A stretch of 64,000 nucleotides of DNA from a virus, in IMG/VR virus record IMGVR_UViG_3300025162_000046, positions 9,816 through 73,815 of that record. One strand, 5' to 3'. The first letter of the stretch is position 1. The number at the start of each line of letters is the position of its first letter. This document shows positions 1-8,333 of this stretch, one piece after another. The notes under the pieces were generated by a model. The model ran no database searches. It was given only the letters and a program-made list of their open reading frames with translations, and was not told where the DNA came from. The position numbers and the translations under genes were made by a program.

Positions 1-189
1 ATGTCTGGCGACGCTGATCCTGTTTTCATTGTCAGATATGATAGTGAAAGAGATAGCCTGATAGGCGGAATCAAGTTTGTCAACGCACGGGCGATGATTG
101 TTCCGGAGGCATACACTTCGGGCCGGAATGTCATAAATATTCTCGAAGCAAGCCAGTCAATTGAGCCCGGACTAATTAGGATGAGGTAA
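1..189 (+). CDS. Hypothetical protein, probably the 3' end of a gene entering the window
   Basis: Frame open from base 1 to TAA at 187-189; no recognisable motif. Confidence 0.5.
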   Translation: MSGDADPVFIVRYDSERDSLIGGIKFVNARAMIVPEAYTSGRNVINILEASQSIEPGLIRMR

Positions 190-191
190 CT

Positions 192-1607
192 ATGTCATAC
201 GAAAATAGTTGGTTGTATAAAAACGCGCGGTTAGAAGAATCGTGTCCAAATGGTCGTATAGTAGCGTTTAACCCTACTCGTAGTCCTCTACTTCGACATC
301 AGGTGGAAGCAATTGCCAAGGAACTCGATTACGATTTTGCTATTTATGAAAATATCCGAACTGATTATAAAATACTTGAAGCCGCGTATGTTGCGTATAA
401 AGATGGCTACGATGACTTTTTAATTCTTACAGAAACCAATGACCTTGGTCGAACTGAGCGTCTCATTCGAGAGCAATTTGATTTTACTAACATACAGGCG
501 TTTTCCGAAGTGGTTGAGGGCCCCCATGCTACGAGCCAGTTCCATGAGGCTCGTATCAACGCAGAGCCGCTTAGAGAAGGCGCAGCCGCCGCCCTCGCCC
601 TCGCTCCCGTTGTAGCTCCGGGAACTGCTCTATTGTTAGTCGGCGCGCTTAATGCTAATCCACCAGTCAAAGGCACGGGGCAACTAATTCAAGAGATTTT
701 AGACCTGGAGAAGAATGCCCGGGCACTGGTCCAAACTTATCTTCCTAAGTTTACTTCTTGGGACGGGAGAACAGTATATGTGCGAATCTATATGCGACCA
801 GGAGAGTTGACAAATGGATTGGGTTCTGGCACGAGAGTTAATCTTTTAGCAGACAGCGATAACTATTTTGGATTATACGACGCTCACGGCGTTGGTGCTT
901 TTAAAGTGTCTCCTCCTTTATCGGGGGAACCCGGGGGAATTTGGATTCCCGGGGATCATAGATCCGGGCCCATAACAAAAATAAATTCTTTTACTAATTC
1001 GCTCGGCATTGGCGACAAGATTATATTCGCTCCCTCTGATCAAGTCACCAGTGTTCAAGATGAATTTAAGATTCCTACAGTGGTGCCCTTGACCACAAGC
1101 GTTCCTGATGGGCAAAGATCGGATCTGATCGCCACTATGGTAGCGCTCAGTAATGATTACTCCATCGAAAGTATGGCCACAAAAAAACCAAACCCCACAA
1201 CAGCTTCTAAGATATCTAATGGGGACTATTTCATGTTTCAAATGCTCAATATTAGCTTAAAAACAAAGGGCAGAGCGATAGAGACAGAACATAGTGTCAC
1301 TGATAGAATGAATAAAGGTAGCAAGGGATACTTTGAGGGTATTTGGGAATCTCTTTCCCCCGGAGATAGAGCATGGCTGACAGATCTTGGGGAAGGCACA
1401 GGAATTGGGGATATTATCTCTGTCGTAAATAGTGTAAGAAAAACAACCAAGGCCGCTTTGGGTCTTGGCGATAAAAGTGAAGAGCAGAAAAAAAAGAACT
1501 TGGAAAAACAGAAAGAAATAACTGAAAAACTTGGATTCGATATGGCTGAGGTTCTGAATGATCCGAGGTATAAGCAGCTTAAAAGTGCATTTGACTTAAC
1601 TGATTAG
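192..1607 (+). CDS. Hypothetical protein, possibly virion-internal
   Basis: 471 aa; GAGG RBS and ACTAATTAG (171-179) upstream; LxE sites (RLEE, PLRE) followed by an Ala-rich hydrophobic stretch. Confidence 0.7.
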   Translation: MSYENSWLYKNARLEESCPNGRIVAFNPTRSPLLRHQVEAIAKELDYDFAIYENIRTDYKILEAAYVAYKDGYDDFLILTETNDLGRTERLIREQFDFTNIQAFSEVVEGPHATSQFHEARINAEPLREGAAAALALAPVVAPGTALLLVGALNANPPVKGTGQLIQEILDLEKNARALVQTYLPKFTSWDGRTVYVRIYMRPGELTNGLGSGTRVNLLADSDNYFGLYDAHGVGAFKVSPPLSGEPGGIWIPGDHRSGPITKINSFTNSLGIGDKIIFAPSDQVTSVQDEFKIPTVVPLTTSVPDGQRSDLIATMVALSNDYSIESMATKKPNPTTASKISNGDYFMFQMLNISLKTKGRAIETEHSVTDRMNKGSKGYFEGIWESLSPGDRAWLTDLGEGTGIGDIISVVNSVRKTTKAALGLGDKSEEQKKKNLEKQKEITEKLGFDMAEVLNDPRYKQLKSAFDLTD

Positions 1608-2267
1608 ACAAAGCCTATTACGAATTTCAAGAAGAAGCAAGTCAAGGGCCTGTTCTTCCTTCGGCTCCAATCCAATAAACTGTTTGAAAAGAGTAGTGGA
1701 CTGCCGGATTTTAGATTTACGAAGTGTGAGCAATAGATACAATCGCGCTGACAATGATAATCGATAGGAATCAACAGCACCGTCAAACTCCATAAGAATC
1801 GTCCTAATATTTTTTGCTAAATCTTCTAATCTGGACTCATCCATCTCCACAGTGAATTGGGCGCCTAAAGGATGAAGATGCATTTTATCTTGCAAATCCC
1901 CCAATTCCGTTTTATTGCCAGAGTCATCTCCAACGATCGCGTTCAAAGAAAGGTGCGCCTCTTCTTCCCAATTTCCATATAGAGATTCAAGAACTTTCCA
2001 TCTTAATAGCCCGCCGAAAGAATGCTCGATGCGAAATCCGGGTTGGCTATATCTCGCCATGATTTTAATGGCTGAATCGGTAGCGACCGCGAGAACATGC
2101 TCCGGATCTAAATACACCTTACCCTTATTTACTTTGAGGGTGAGCGAGCGAGCATATTTGATCATTATTTCAAACATGCTCTTCCAAGCCTCGGGGCTTT
2201 TTGTTGCGAGGTATTCTTCTTGCAGGTCTGTGAGAATTATTTCTGTTTCCGGCTTATTTTTTGCCAT
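1596..2267 (-). CDS. Hypothetical protein with a sigma-70 region-2-like N-terminus
   Basis: 223 aa; SPEAWKSMFEIMIKYARSL...VLAVATDSAIKIMARY...SFGGLLRWKVLESL resembles sigma region 2; no clear region 4. Confidence 0.45.
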   Translation of the reverse strand: MAKNKPETEIILTDLQEEYLATKSPEAWKSMFEIMIKYARSLTLKVNKGKVYLDPEHVLAVATDSAIKIMARYSQPGFRIEHSFGGLLRWKVLESLYGNWEEEAHLSLNAIVGDDSGNKTELGDLQDKMHLHPLGAQFTVEMDESRLEDLAKNIRTILMEFDGAVDSYRLSLSARLYLLLTLRKSKIRQSTTLFKQFIGLEPKEEQALDLLLLEIRNRLCLIS

Positions 2268-2430
2268 TGATTTTTAATCTCTCCGTTATTTGATCTACTG
2301 CAATATCCTTATTAAATAAACTATCCGGTTGTATCTCAACGATTATTCGCGGGTCTGTGAACAATAAAGAGTAGTCTATTTTCATTTCATTCACAGCACT
2401 TTGTTTCACAAGAACACGCGCGATCTTCAT
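2254..2430 (-). CDS. Small hypothetical protein (58 aa), not in the ORF track
   Basis: Manual translation MKIARVLVKQSAVNEMKIDYSLLFTDPRIIVEIQPDSLFNKDIAVDQITERLKINGKK*; fills the gap between co-oriented genes and overlaps the next start. Confidence 0.55.
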   Translation of the reverse strand: MKIARVLVKQSAVNEMKIDYSLLFTDPRIIVEIQPDSLFNKDIAVDQITERLKINGKK

Positions 2431-2439
2431 TCACAAAAC

Positions 2440-3654
2440 CTAACTATCATTCAGTTTAGCCAAGGTCGCATTATAAATTTCATTCCCTTGGATATCCGTA
2501 TATAGAAGTTCAATTCCTGCGCCATGGTCAATATCCGTATCGAGTTCATTGAATCTGAGAAGCAAAGTGCCTGTGTCCGCCATACGATTCAGCAGTATCC
2601 TTAATGAGTCACTGATGAGCGTAAAGGAAGCCTCAGTGACTTTTAGATTTCCGTCAAAGGTCTCGACAGCGAGCTCTTTCTCAACCTCAGTGGAGGGGTG
2701 CTTATACGACAATATCATTCTTTGACCTAAGGTTGCGTCGTTTGTCCAGGTGAATGTGATGGGCTTCCATACCGAGGCCTCAAAGAGACCTGAGAAGAAG
2801 TCGATTGCTTCTGCCATGCGCGAAGGCTTTACCGCTATGGTTTGTACCTGAGCGCTATCCGGAGCGATGAGTTCCAAATCAGCTTGGCTCGGAATAGTGA
2901 TGGTACAAGGATCGATAGCGAGTATAGCCCAGAAAGTTGGGTCAGGAGAAATCCAGCGAATCAAATTTTTATCCTTAGACAGGGTGAAGGTGCTGGCCTC
3001 CACTACGGCGAAGTCAATGAATCCTAAAATGAACTTATGAAGTAATCGGGATTCTCCGACAGGCAACACTGAGTTCCACACACTTGCCTTCATCCCTACC
3101 ACTACGGTTCTATCCGCATACACGAGCTTATCTTGAAATAGGGCGATGGAGTTATTCTTATTGACGGTTCCCATATAAGTGGTGGCGATATGGGAAAAGT
3201 CGAGGAATGCTTGATTTGCCTCAAAAGATTCACCACCGGTGAATTGGGGCTCGCGATCAGTGTAAAAGGTAAGCAGGGAGGTGATTTCAGGAGCATCTGC
3301 CTCATAAAAAACGACACTAAATGTTATCTTATCGTTAGTGGCGTCTGAGGTCATCAACATAGATGGCGGGGTAGTATTGATATTGAGTTTAAGGGGCATT
3401 GTTGAACCAATTTTCTTGGATGCACTGAGGAACTTGTTGATATCAATAGAAAAGTGTACAACATCGGGGCAGGCAGTTTCGAGGATTAAGGCAAGAGAGA
3501 CAACCGACTTATTCCCTTTGAAATAAAGAGTTAGCATATCGTCTTTGATGATCCCGTAAGTTTTTACAAATGAAGTCATCAAGTATGAAAACATCTTGGA
3601 GTATCGAGAGAGTTTCTCGATGCTTGTCTGGGGTATTGCGATAGCGATCTTCAT
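2440..3654 (-). CDS. Putative DNA polymerase sliding clamp (beta-clamp-like)
   Basis: About 404 aa from ATG 3654 with AGGAGA RBS; size, alternating beta/alpha pattern (FSIDINKFLSASKKI; IAVKPSRMAEAIDF; FTLISDSLRILL) and replication context. Confidence 0.45.
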   Translation of the reverse strand: MKIAIAIPQTSIEKLSRYSKMFSYLMTSFVKTYGIIKDDMLTLYFKGNKSVVSLALILETACPDVVHFSIDINKFLSASKKIGSTMPLKLNINTTPPSMLMTSDATNDKITFSVVFYEADAPEITSLLTFYTDREPQFTGGESFEANQAFLDFSHIATTYMGTVNKNNSIALFQDKLVYADRTVVVGMKASVWNSVLPVGESRLLHKFILGFIDFAVVEASTFTLSKDKNLIRWISPDPTFWAILAIDPCTITIPSQADLELIAPDSAQVQTIAVKPSRMAEAIDFFSGLFEASVWKPITFTWTNDATLGQRMILSYKHPSTEVEKELAVETFDGNLKVTEASFTLISDSLRILLNRMADTGTLLLRFNELDTDIDHGAGIELLYTDIQGNEIYNATLAKLNDS

Positions 3655-3785
3655 ATTCTCTCCTGTGGGGGTGACATTCTTCTCATAGTCATATACAATA
3701 TACACAGCAATTCTAAAAATCTTCAATTAGTAATTTGATATCTGATGAGGCAATTAGATATAATTCTTAGACACAAGGAGGCTTC

Positions 3786-4460
3786 ATGGTTAAGGGAGAA
3801 TCGGGGTACATTGGAATGTCTGATAGTGAATTGGTCAAAAGGATCAAGGCCAGTCAAGACGAGAGGCAGATCAAGGATATGACACACGCCTTGTATATCC
3901 GGTATATGAATTTCATTCACAAGCATTGGCACGCATTATCTCGGCAACTTAACACCTCTCATTTGGTGAGAGACATCAAAGAAGACTTTTACAGTGAAAG
4001 CTTTGTATCCTTTTCAAAAGCATTGGCGGCGATTGACACCACAAAAATCAAAGATAATAAATGGAAATTTCTCGGGTACTTTGGTTTCTATCTTTCTAAC
4101 CAGCGCAACTCTTCCGCAAAGAAAATCATAAAAAAGTATCAAGCCGAAACTCCTATTGAAATACCGGAAGCGTCCGGTGAGCGCACCATTTATCTTTCGG
4201 ATATTTCAGAAAAAGGATCGGTGTCTTCCGCGGAGGACACTTTTATGAAGGAAGATCAGCGCAAGCAATTCTGGTCAGGCCTCAGTTATTGTAAGGATAG
4301 CCTTTGGAACGACACAGAAAAGCAAATCTTCGAGATGAGAGAGAAAGGAAATTCTATCAAAGCTATTTGTAATCAATTACAGATGAGTCAATGGAAGTGT
4401 AAAAAGATTCTTGGATGTATGAAAGAACAATTCAAGGAGGCTGCTGGAATCGCCAGTTAA
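3786..4460 (+). CDS. Sigma-70 family RNA polymerase sigma factor
   Basis: SDSELVKRIK start; region 2 (EDFYSESFVSFSKAL...KFLGYFGFYL); region 4 HTH (NDTEKQIFEMREKGNSIKAICNQLQMS); AAGGAGG RBS. Confidence 0.75.
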   Translation: MVKGESGYIGMSDSELVKRIKASQDERQIKDMTHALYIRYMNFIHKHWHALSRQLNTSHLVRDIKEDFYSESFVSFSKALAAIDTTKIKDNKWKFLGYFGFYLSNQRNSSAKKIIKKYQAETPIEIPEASGERTIYLSDISEKGSVSSAEDTFMKEDQRKQFWSGLSYCKDSLWNDTEKQIFEMREKGNSIKAICNQLQMSQWKCKKILGCMKEQFKEAAGIAS

Positions 4461-4846
4461 GAATCTCCATCGAGGTGATTCATCAATTTCTGCCATTGAC
4501 ACCCAGCGACGCGGGACCACCACTCTTGCCTCTCTTCATAAGTGATGGGGTCACCCGTCACTGGGTGTTTCATGTTATCTAAGTTCCCATGAGAATAACG
4601 GTTCATCAATATCACATTATTAGGGTCATACATGAGATCCGGATAAATCGAAACCGGAAAGATGTGACAGTTATCTAATTTCTCCAATTGAATACGGGGC
4701 GCCTTCCTTTTAAGGAGGAGAGCCTCTTTTACTGTGAGCACTCTTAGTAATCTATCTTGGTGCTTGTCCCGAGCTTTGATCTTTTCTTTTAATTGCTGCC
4801 ATTGGCTATCATTTTTATCCCGTCGCAACGCTATCGCCCTCTTCAT
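4457..4846 (-). CDS. HNH-like endonuclease
   Basis: WQQLKEKIKARD...LDNCHIFPVSIYPDLMYDPNNVILMNRYSHGNLD. Confidence 0.6.
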   Translation of the reverse strand: MKRAIALRRDKNDSQWQQLKEKIKARDKHQDRLLRVLTVKEALLLKRKAPRIQLEKLDNCHIFPVSIYPDLMYDPNNVILMNRYSHGNLDNMKHPVTGDPITYEERQEWWSRVAGCQWQKLMNHLDGDS

Positions 4847-5399
4847 CCTTCAGGGTTATGGCATTTAAGAGTGTTGCGTTTTTAGAAAAATAATCCCAGC
4901 TACTCTCCAAAGTAAATTTTCCCGCGCGATAGTTCTTCAAAAAGAAAATTGAACTTTTATTCAACTTCCAACGGAATTGGTTATTTGTTGCTTCATCAAC
5001 TAAAATAAATATATCGCGCCATACAATCACCCTATCAATGCGCCACATCCGCTGAGTGGTTTCTTTGCGGGTGGAGGGCAATTTATCAGGCTCTACTCCG
5101 TCCTCAAGAAGCTTGGCTTGCTCTTCGGGAGTGAGGGGAATTTCAACAACGATGCTTTCTATCATTCGAGGGTAATGGTTTACCACTAACACCTCTTTGA
5201 TTTCGTGGATGAAGGATTTGACTGGCTTTGTGAAGTCCCATTCAAAATCATACTTCTTGCCGGTGTTAGCGTGAATTATCGTGACGCCGGAATCTGCAGT
5301 GACGAAGGAAAGTAGCACAGGGGATTTTTCCGCGAAGTTCGAAAGTTTTTTAATAAACTCTGCTTTGTATCTTTCGCTGTCGATCTTAGTATGTAGCAT
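4815..5399 (-). CDS. Hypothetical protein
   Basis: 194 aa, AAGGAG RBS. Confidence 0.7.
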   Translation of the reverse strand: MLHTKIDSERYKAEFIKKLSNFAEKSPVLLSFVTADSGVTIIHANTGKKYDFEWDFTKPVKSFIHEIKEVLVVNHYPRMIESIVVEIPLTPEEQAKLLEDGVEPDKLPSTRKETTQRMWRIDRVIVWRDIFILVDEATNNQFRWKLNKSSIFFLKNYRAGKFTLESSWDYFSKNATLLNAITLKDEEGDSVATG

Positions 5400-5431
5400 G
5401 TTTGCTCCTTCATTTTAGTTAGTGTTTGTAA

Positions 5432-5956
5432 TTATAGTAAACGCTCATCCGTTGGTTCTTTTGGGGAGGGAGGAACCTGAGGGAAAGTGTCCCAAACCAG
5501 ATCGTTTATCGGGTGAGGCATACACTGATCTACTCCCTCAACCGCGGGCCGTGGTAAAGAACCAAGATAAGGTAACAGGGCCGTAGCGAAAATATAGCAA
5601 GCGTCCGCCGTGGCTTCGAAGTAGGTATCTTCAAAGAATTCTTCTACGGACGCGTCCTTTTCTCTCATGTATTCTTCTAAATCTGAGGTGTCCACATTAT
5701 CAGGGAGGTTTTCAGTTAACCCCTTGCGACATATGTTTACTATTCTATCTGTATATATGTTGCTTAGTCTCATAGCTTCTTTAAATACGGCTTTATGGAT
5801 TGCCTTGCCAGCGACCTCCCCCATTCTCGTAAATTCAGCTGAGAGTTTTTCCGCAATCTGTTCTCCGTAACGAGGGTTTGTTGTAAGGAACCTCTCGACA
5901 TTCGTTGGAGGAGTATCAAAATCCCCCGTGTCACCCAGATCGCGATAATCACTCAT
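5432..5956 (-). CDS. Hypothetical acidic protein with N-terminal DLGDTGDF motif
   Basis: 174 aa; motif shared with ORFs at 52214 and 54970. Confidence 0.7.
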   Translation of the reverse strand: MSDYRDLGDTGDFDTPPTNVERFLTTNPRYGEQIAEKLSAEFTRMGEVAGKAIHKAVFKEAMRLSNIYTDRIVNICRKGLTENLPDNVDTSDLEEYMREKDASVEEFFEDTYFEATADACYIFATALLPYLGSLPRPAVEGVDQCMPHPINDLVWDTFPQVPPSPKEPTDERLL

Positions 5957-5959
5957 AGT

Positions 5960-6268
5960 TTAGTCCTTCTTATCTTTATTCTCTTGTTCTTCTTCTTCAA
6001 TGAAGTGTTCATCGATTGCTTCAATGATAGCATAGAAATCTTCATCAGAAGCTTTGAGCTTTTTTTGTTTGAATTTCTTGAAGCGCATGTAAGCCTCGTG
6101 AACATATTTCTTGGCTACTTCTGATTCCTCCGCGTAACCCTCAATGCGTTCCTTGACGCTATCCATTATTACCTTTATTTGTGCCTTGAGTTCACCTGCG
6201 GCTTCCTCATCTTCATAGGCGGCTGAAAATTCATTTATGAGCTCGGTTTTATTTATCATTGCACTCAT
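5960..6268 (-). CDS. Small helical protein, possibly a T4 DsbA-like dsDNA-binding protein
   Basis: ATG 6268 with AGGAGG RBS; coiled-coil ELKAQIKVIMDSVKERIEGYAEE and acidic tail; family call tentative. Confidence 0.4.
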   Translation of the reverse strand: MSAMINKTELINEFSAAYEDEEAAGELKAQIKVIMDSVKERIEGYAEESEVAKKYVHEAYMRFKKFKQKKLKASDEDFYAIIEAIDEHFIEEEEQENKDKKD

Positions 6269-6309
6269 TTGTAACCTCCTGTATTCTGTGCTTATGAGAT
6301 TCACTCATT

Positions 6310-6564
6310 TTACGCCGTGTCTCTTCCATAACATTTCCACAATATCAAGTGTGCGATAAAATGCTCGCGAGGAATGAGATATATCAGATTTTCTAAAGTA
6401 TCCTGACCTCCTAAACTTCGAGGGAGTATATGGTGCCTTTCGAACCCCCTCTTACGAACTGTTAGTGCTGTTGGTGCCCTATCTAATCCTCGGGTCTGAA
6501 TGAGTTTGAAATACCGAGTGAAGTGAGGCTCGAATCCCGATGGCAACAAATCAAGGTTTCTCAT
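6310..6564 (-). pseudogene. Truncated HNH homing endonuclease (nuclease domain only)
   Basis: GFERHHILPRSLGGQDTLENLIYLIPREHFIAHLILWKCYG, then a stop where a DNA-binding tail normally follows. Confidence 0.65.
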
Positions 6565-6571
6565 CTTTCAA

Positions 6572-7621
6572 TTAGTAGAAAATCAGAGTCAAAGAGGATT
6601 TCAATTGTCGGCCCCAACCACGATGGCGTAGGGCCTCTACTGTGGTGTGTAACTTTGTAGGCACATCACCTATATCCTTAATTCCCAAATTAGGAATTTC
6701 AAGTATCTCGAAAGGCTTACCTAAGTGTTCTTTCAGGTGGCCCATAGATTTCTTTCCCGCTTCATCATTATCCGGAATCATAACAATACGACTGAACTGT
6801 TTGAGCAACCAAATCTGTCTTTCAGAGATGCCGGCGCCGAAAGTGGCGGTGCTATTAGCAAAGAAAGGATCTGTCCTAAGCACAGCGAGTTTGGTCAAGC
6901 CTTCAACTACATATAGAGGATCCTCCCGCTTGAGAATATCTACATCATAAATTGTTTGGACGGTTGAGTCTTTAGGATAGAGGACTTTATGTGTTTGTTT
7001 TCCTGTAGTATCACGGCCTTCAATAGCAAGCAACTTACTACCTTCATAAATAGGAATGGTGAGTCTTTTGTTGAAGGTAGTTCCATTAATATTGCCGTGA
7101 TCCATAAACCCCATAGCCATCGATTTCGCTATTTCAAAGGGGATTCCACGACGACGGAGATAACGAATCGATTCCGGATGCTTTGCGGCAGGGACTATCT
7201 CACCTCTTACTTGAATATCGATATCTTTGTCAATGACGCTATAGTCCGGCGTCACATAATTAGAAGGATCGAATGAGAAGGATGTGAACTCATCATTCAC
7301 TATGTCAAAATCTTTATAGAAAGATCTACTGGTAATCCTATAGTATAGAGAAGCGAGGGATCCTTGCGCTTGGCAACTAAAACAATGATAAACGAACTTT
7401 TCGGGGGCGATGAACATGGAGGGGGTTTTATCAATATGAAAGGGGCACGCGACCTGCCACTCATCGGAGTTATCGAGATTGTGTGTTTTTAGTTTTAGGT
7501 TGAGCGCGCGAACAACCTGCTCAGCAAGTTGCCGCTTTCTGATAGGATCATTCATTGCTTGGCGTTGCTCATCCATCTTAGAACTCCTTGACGGCGGAGC
7601 AAAACGAAAGGCAGTTGGCAT
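6572..7621 (-). CDS. dnaG: DNA primase (CHC2 zinc finger plus TOPRIM)
   Basis: CPFHIDKTPSM...YHCFSC; VVEG and PDNDEAG TOPRIM motifs; KDIGD. Confidence 0.9.
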   Translation of the reverse strand: MPTAFRFAPPSRSSKMDEQRQAMNDPIRKRQLAEQVVRALNLKLKTHNLDNSDEWQVACPFHIDKTPSMFIAPEKFVYHCFSCQAQGSLASLYYRITSRSFYKDFDIVNDEFTSFSFDPSNYVTPDYSVIDKDIDIQVRGEIVPAAKHPESIRYLRRRGIPFEIAKSMAMGFMDHGNINGTTFNKRLTIPIYEGSKLLAIEGRDTTGKQTHKVLYPKDSTVQTIYDVDILKREDPLYVVEGLTKLAVLRTDPFFANSTATFGAGISERQIWLLKQFSRIVMIPDNDEAGKKSMGHLKEHLGKPFEILEIPNLGIKDIGDVPTKLHTTVEALRHRGWGRQLKSSLTLIFY

Positions 7622-7655
7622 ATTAGCCTCCGATGCGTGATTCTAATATACGCTC

Positions 7656-8159
7656 TCACTTTTTAATCTTTACAGAGATTGAAGATAAATCGATATCGTC
7701 ATCATCACCCGTATTCCTTTCAAATGGATTTTTTCCTACAGGGATGTTTACATTGATGGGAGTATACGCAAGATTCTCAGCAGGGTTGAGGGGGTTTTGT
7801 TCAGGCTGTGTTTCCTTTCGAAGTGCCTTTTGAATTTGACCTTGGATTGTTTTTAGATCATCTGAGCCCTTCATAGCAATTCGAGAAATTCTCATCTTTT
7901 CTCTATCATACAGCCAAAAAGTTCCATAAGTAGAAAGAGCCTCGTGTATTTGGGGTAGAATATCATATCCTGCGAGAGTGATAATAAGATCTAAGAATTT
8001 ATCGTGGGTCATCATTCGTCGATGCTCATCACCATCCGGGTAAATAAACACTTTTTCCCTACTGGGGTCGGAATAGAGAACCAAGAAAAAGAAATTTTGG
8101 ATCGGAGGGGACATTACATATAGGCTGTCAGGGGGCAAAGGAGATACAAATTCTTCCAT
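7656..8159 (-). CDS. Hypothetical protein
   Basis: 167 aa; GAGGAG RBS; ACTAATTA on the minus strand at 8206-8213. Confidence 0.7.
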   Translation of the reverse strand: MEEFVSPLPPDSLYVMSPPIQNFFFLVLYSDPSREKVFIYPDGDEHRRMMTHDKFLDLIITLAGYDILPQIHEALSTYGTFWLYDREKMRISRIAMKGSDDLKTIQGQIQKALRKETQPEQNPLNPAENLAYTPINVNIPVGKNPFERNTGDDDDIDLSSISVKIKK

Positions 8160-8228
8160 GTGGTTACTCCTCAGGGGCGATTCGTAATATTTGTATATTT
8201 ATAAGTAATTAGTATTATTATATACACC

Positions 8229-8276
8229 CTGAGAACCTTAGGAACTGAGAACCTCAGGATCTACAATCTCTACAAT
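8229..8276. repeat. Tandem 15-bp repeats plus 8-bp repeats in the divergent intergenic region before polA
   Basis: CTGAGAACCTTAGGA (8229-8243), CTGAGAACCTCAGGA (8245-8259); TCTACAAT at 8260 and 8269. Confidence 0.7.
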
Positions 8277-8333
8277 TTTAACTCTTATCTTAAAGAGGCG
8301 AACTTATACTATCATAAACAATAGGAGTCAAAA

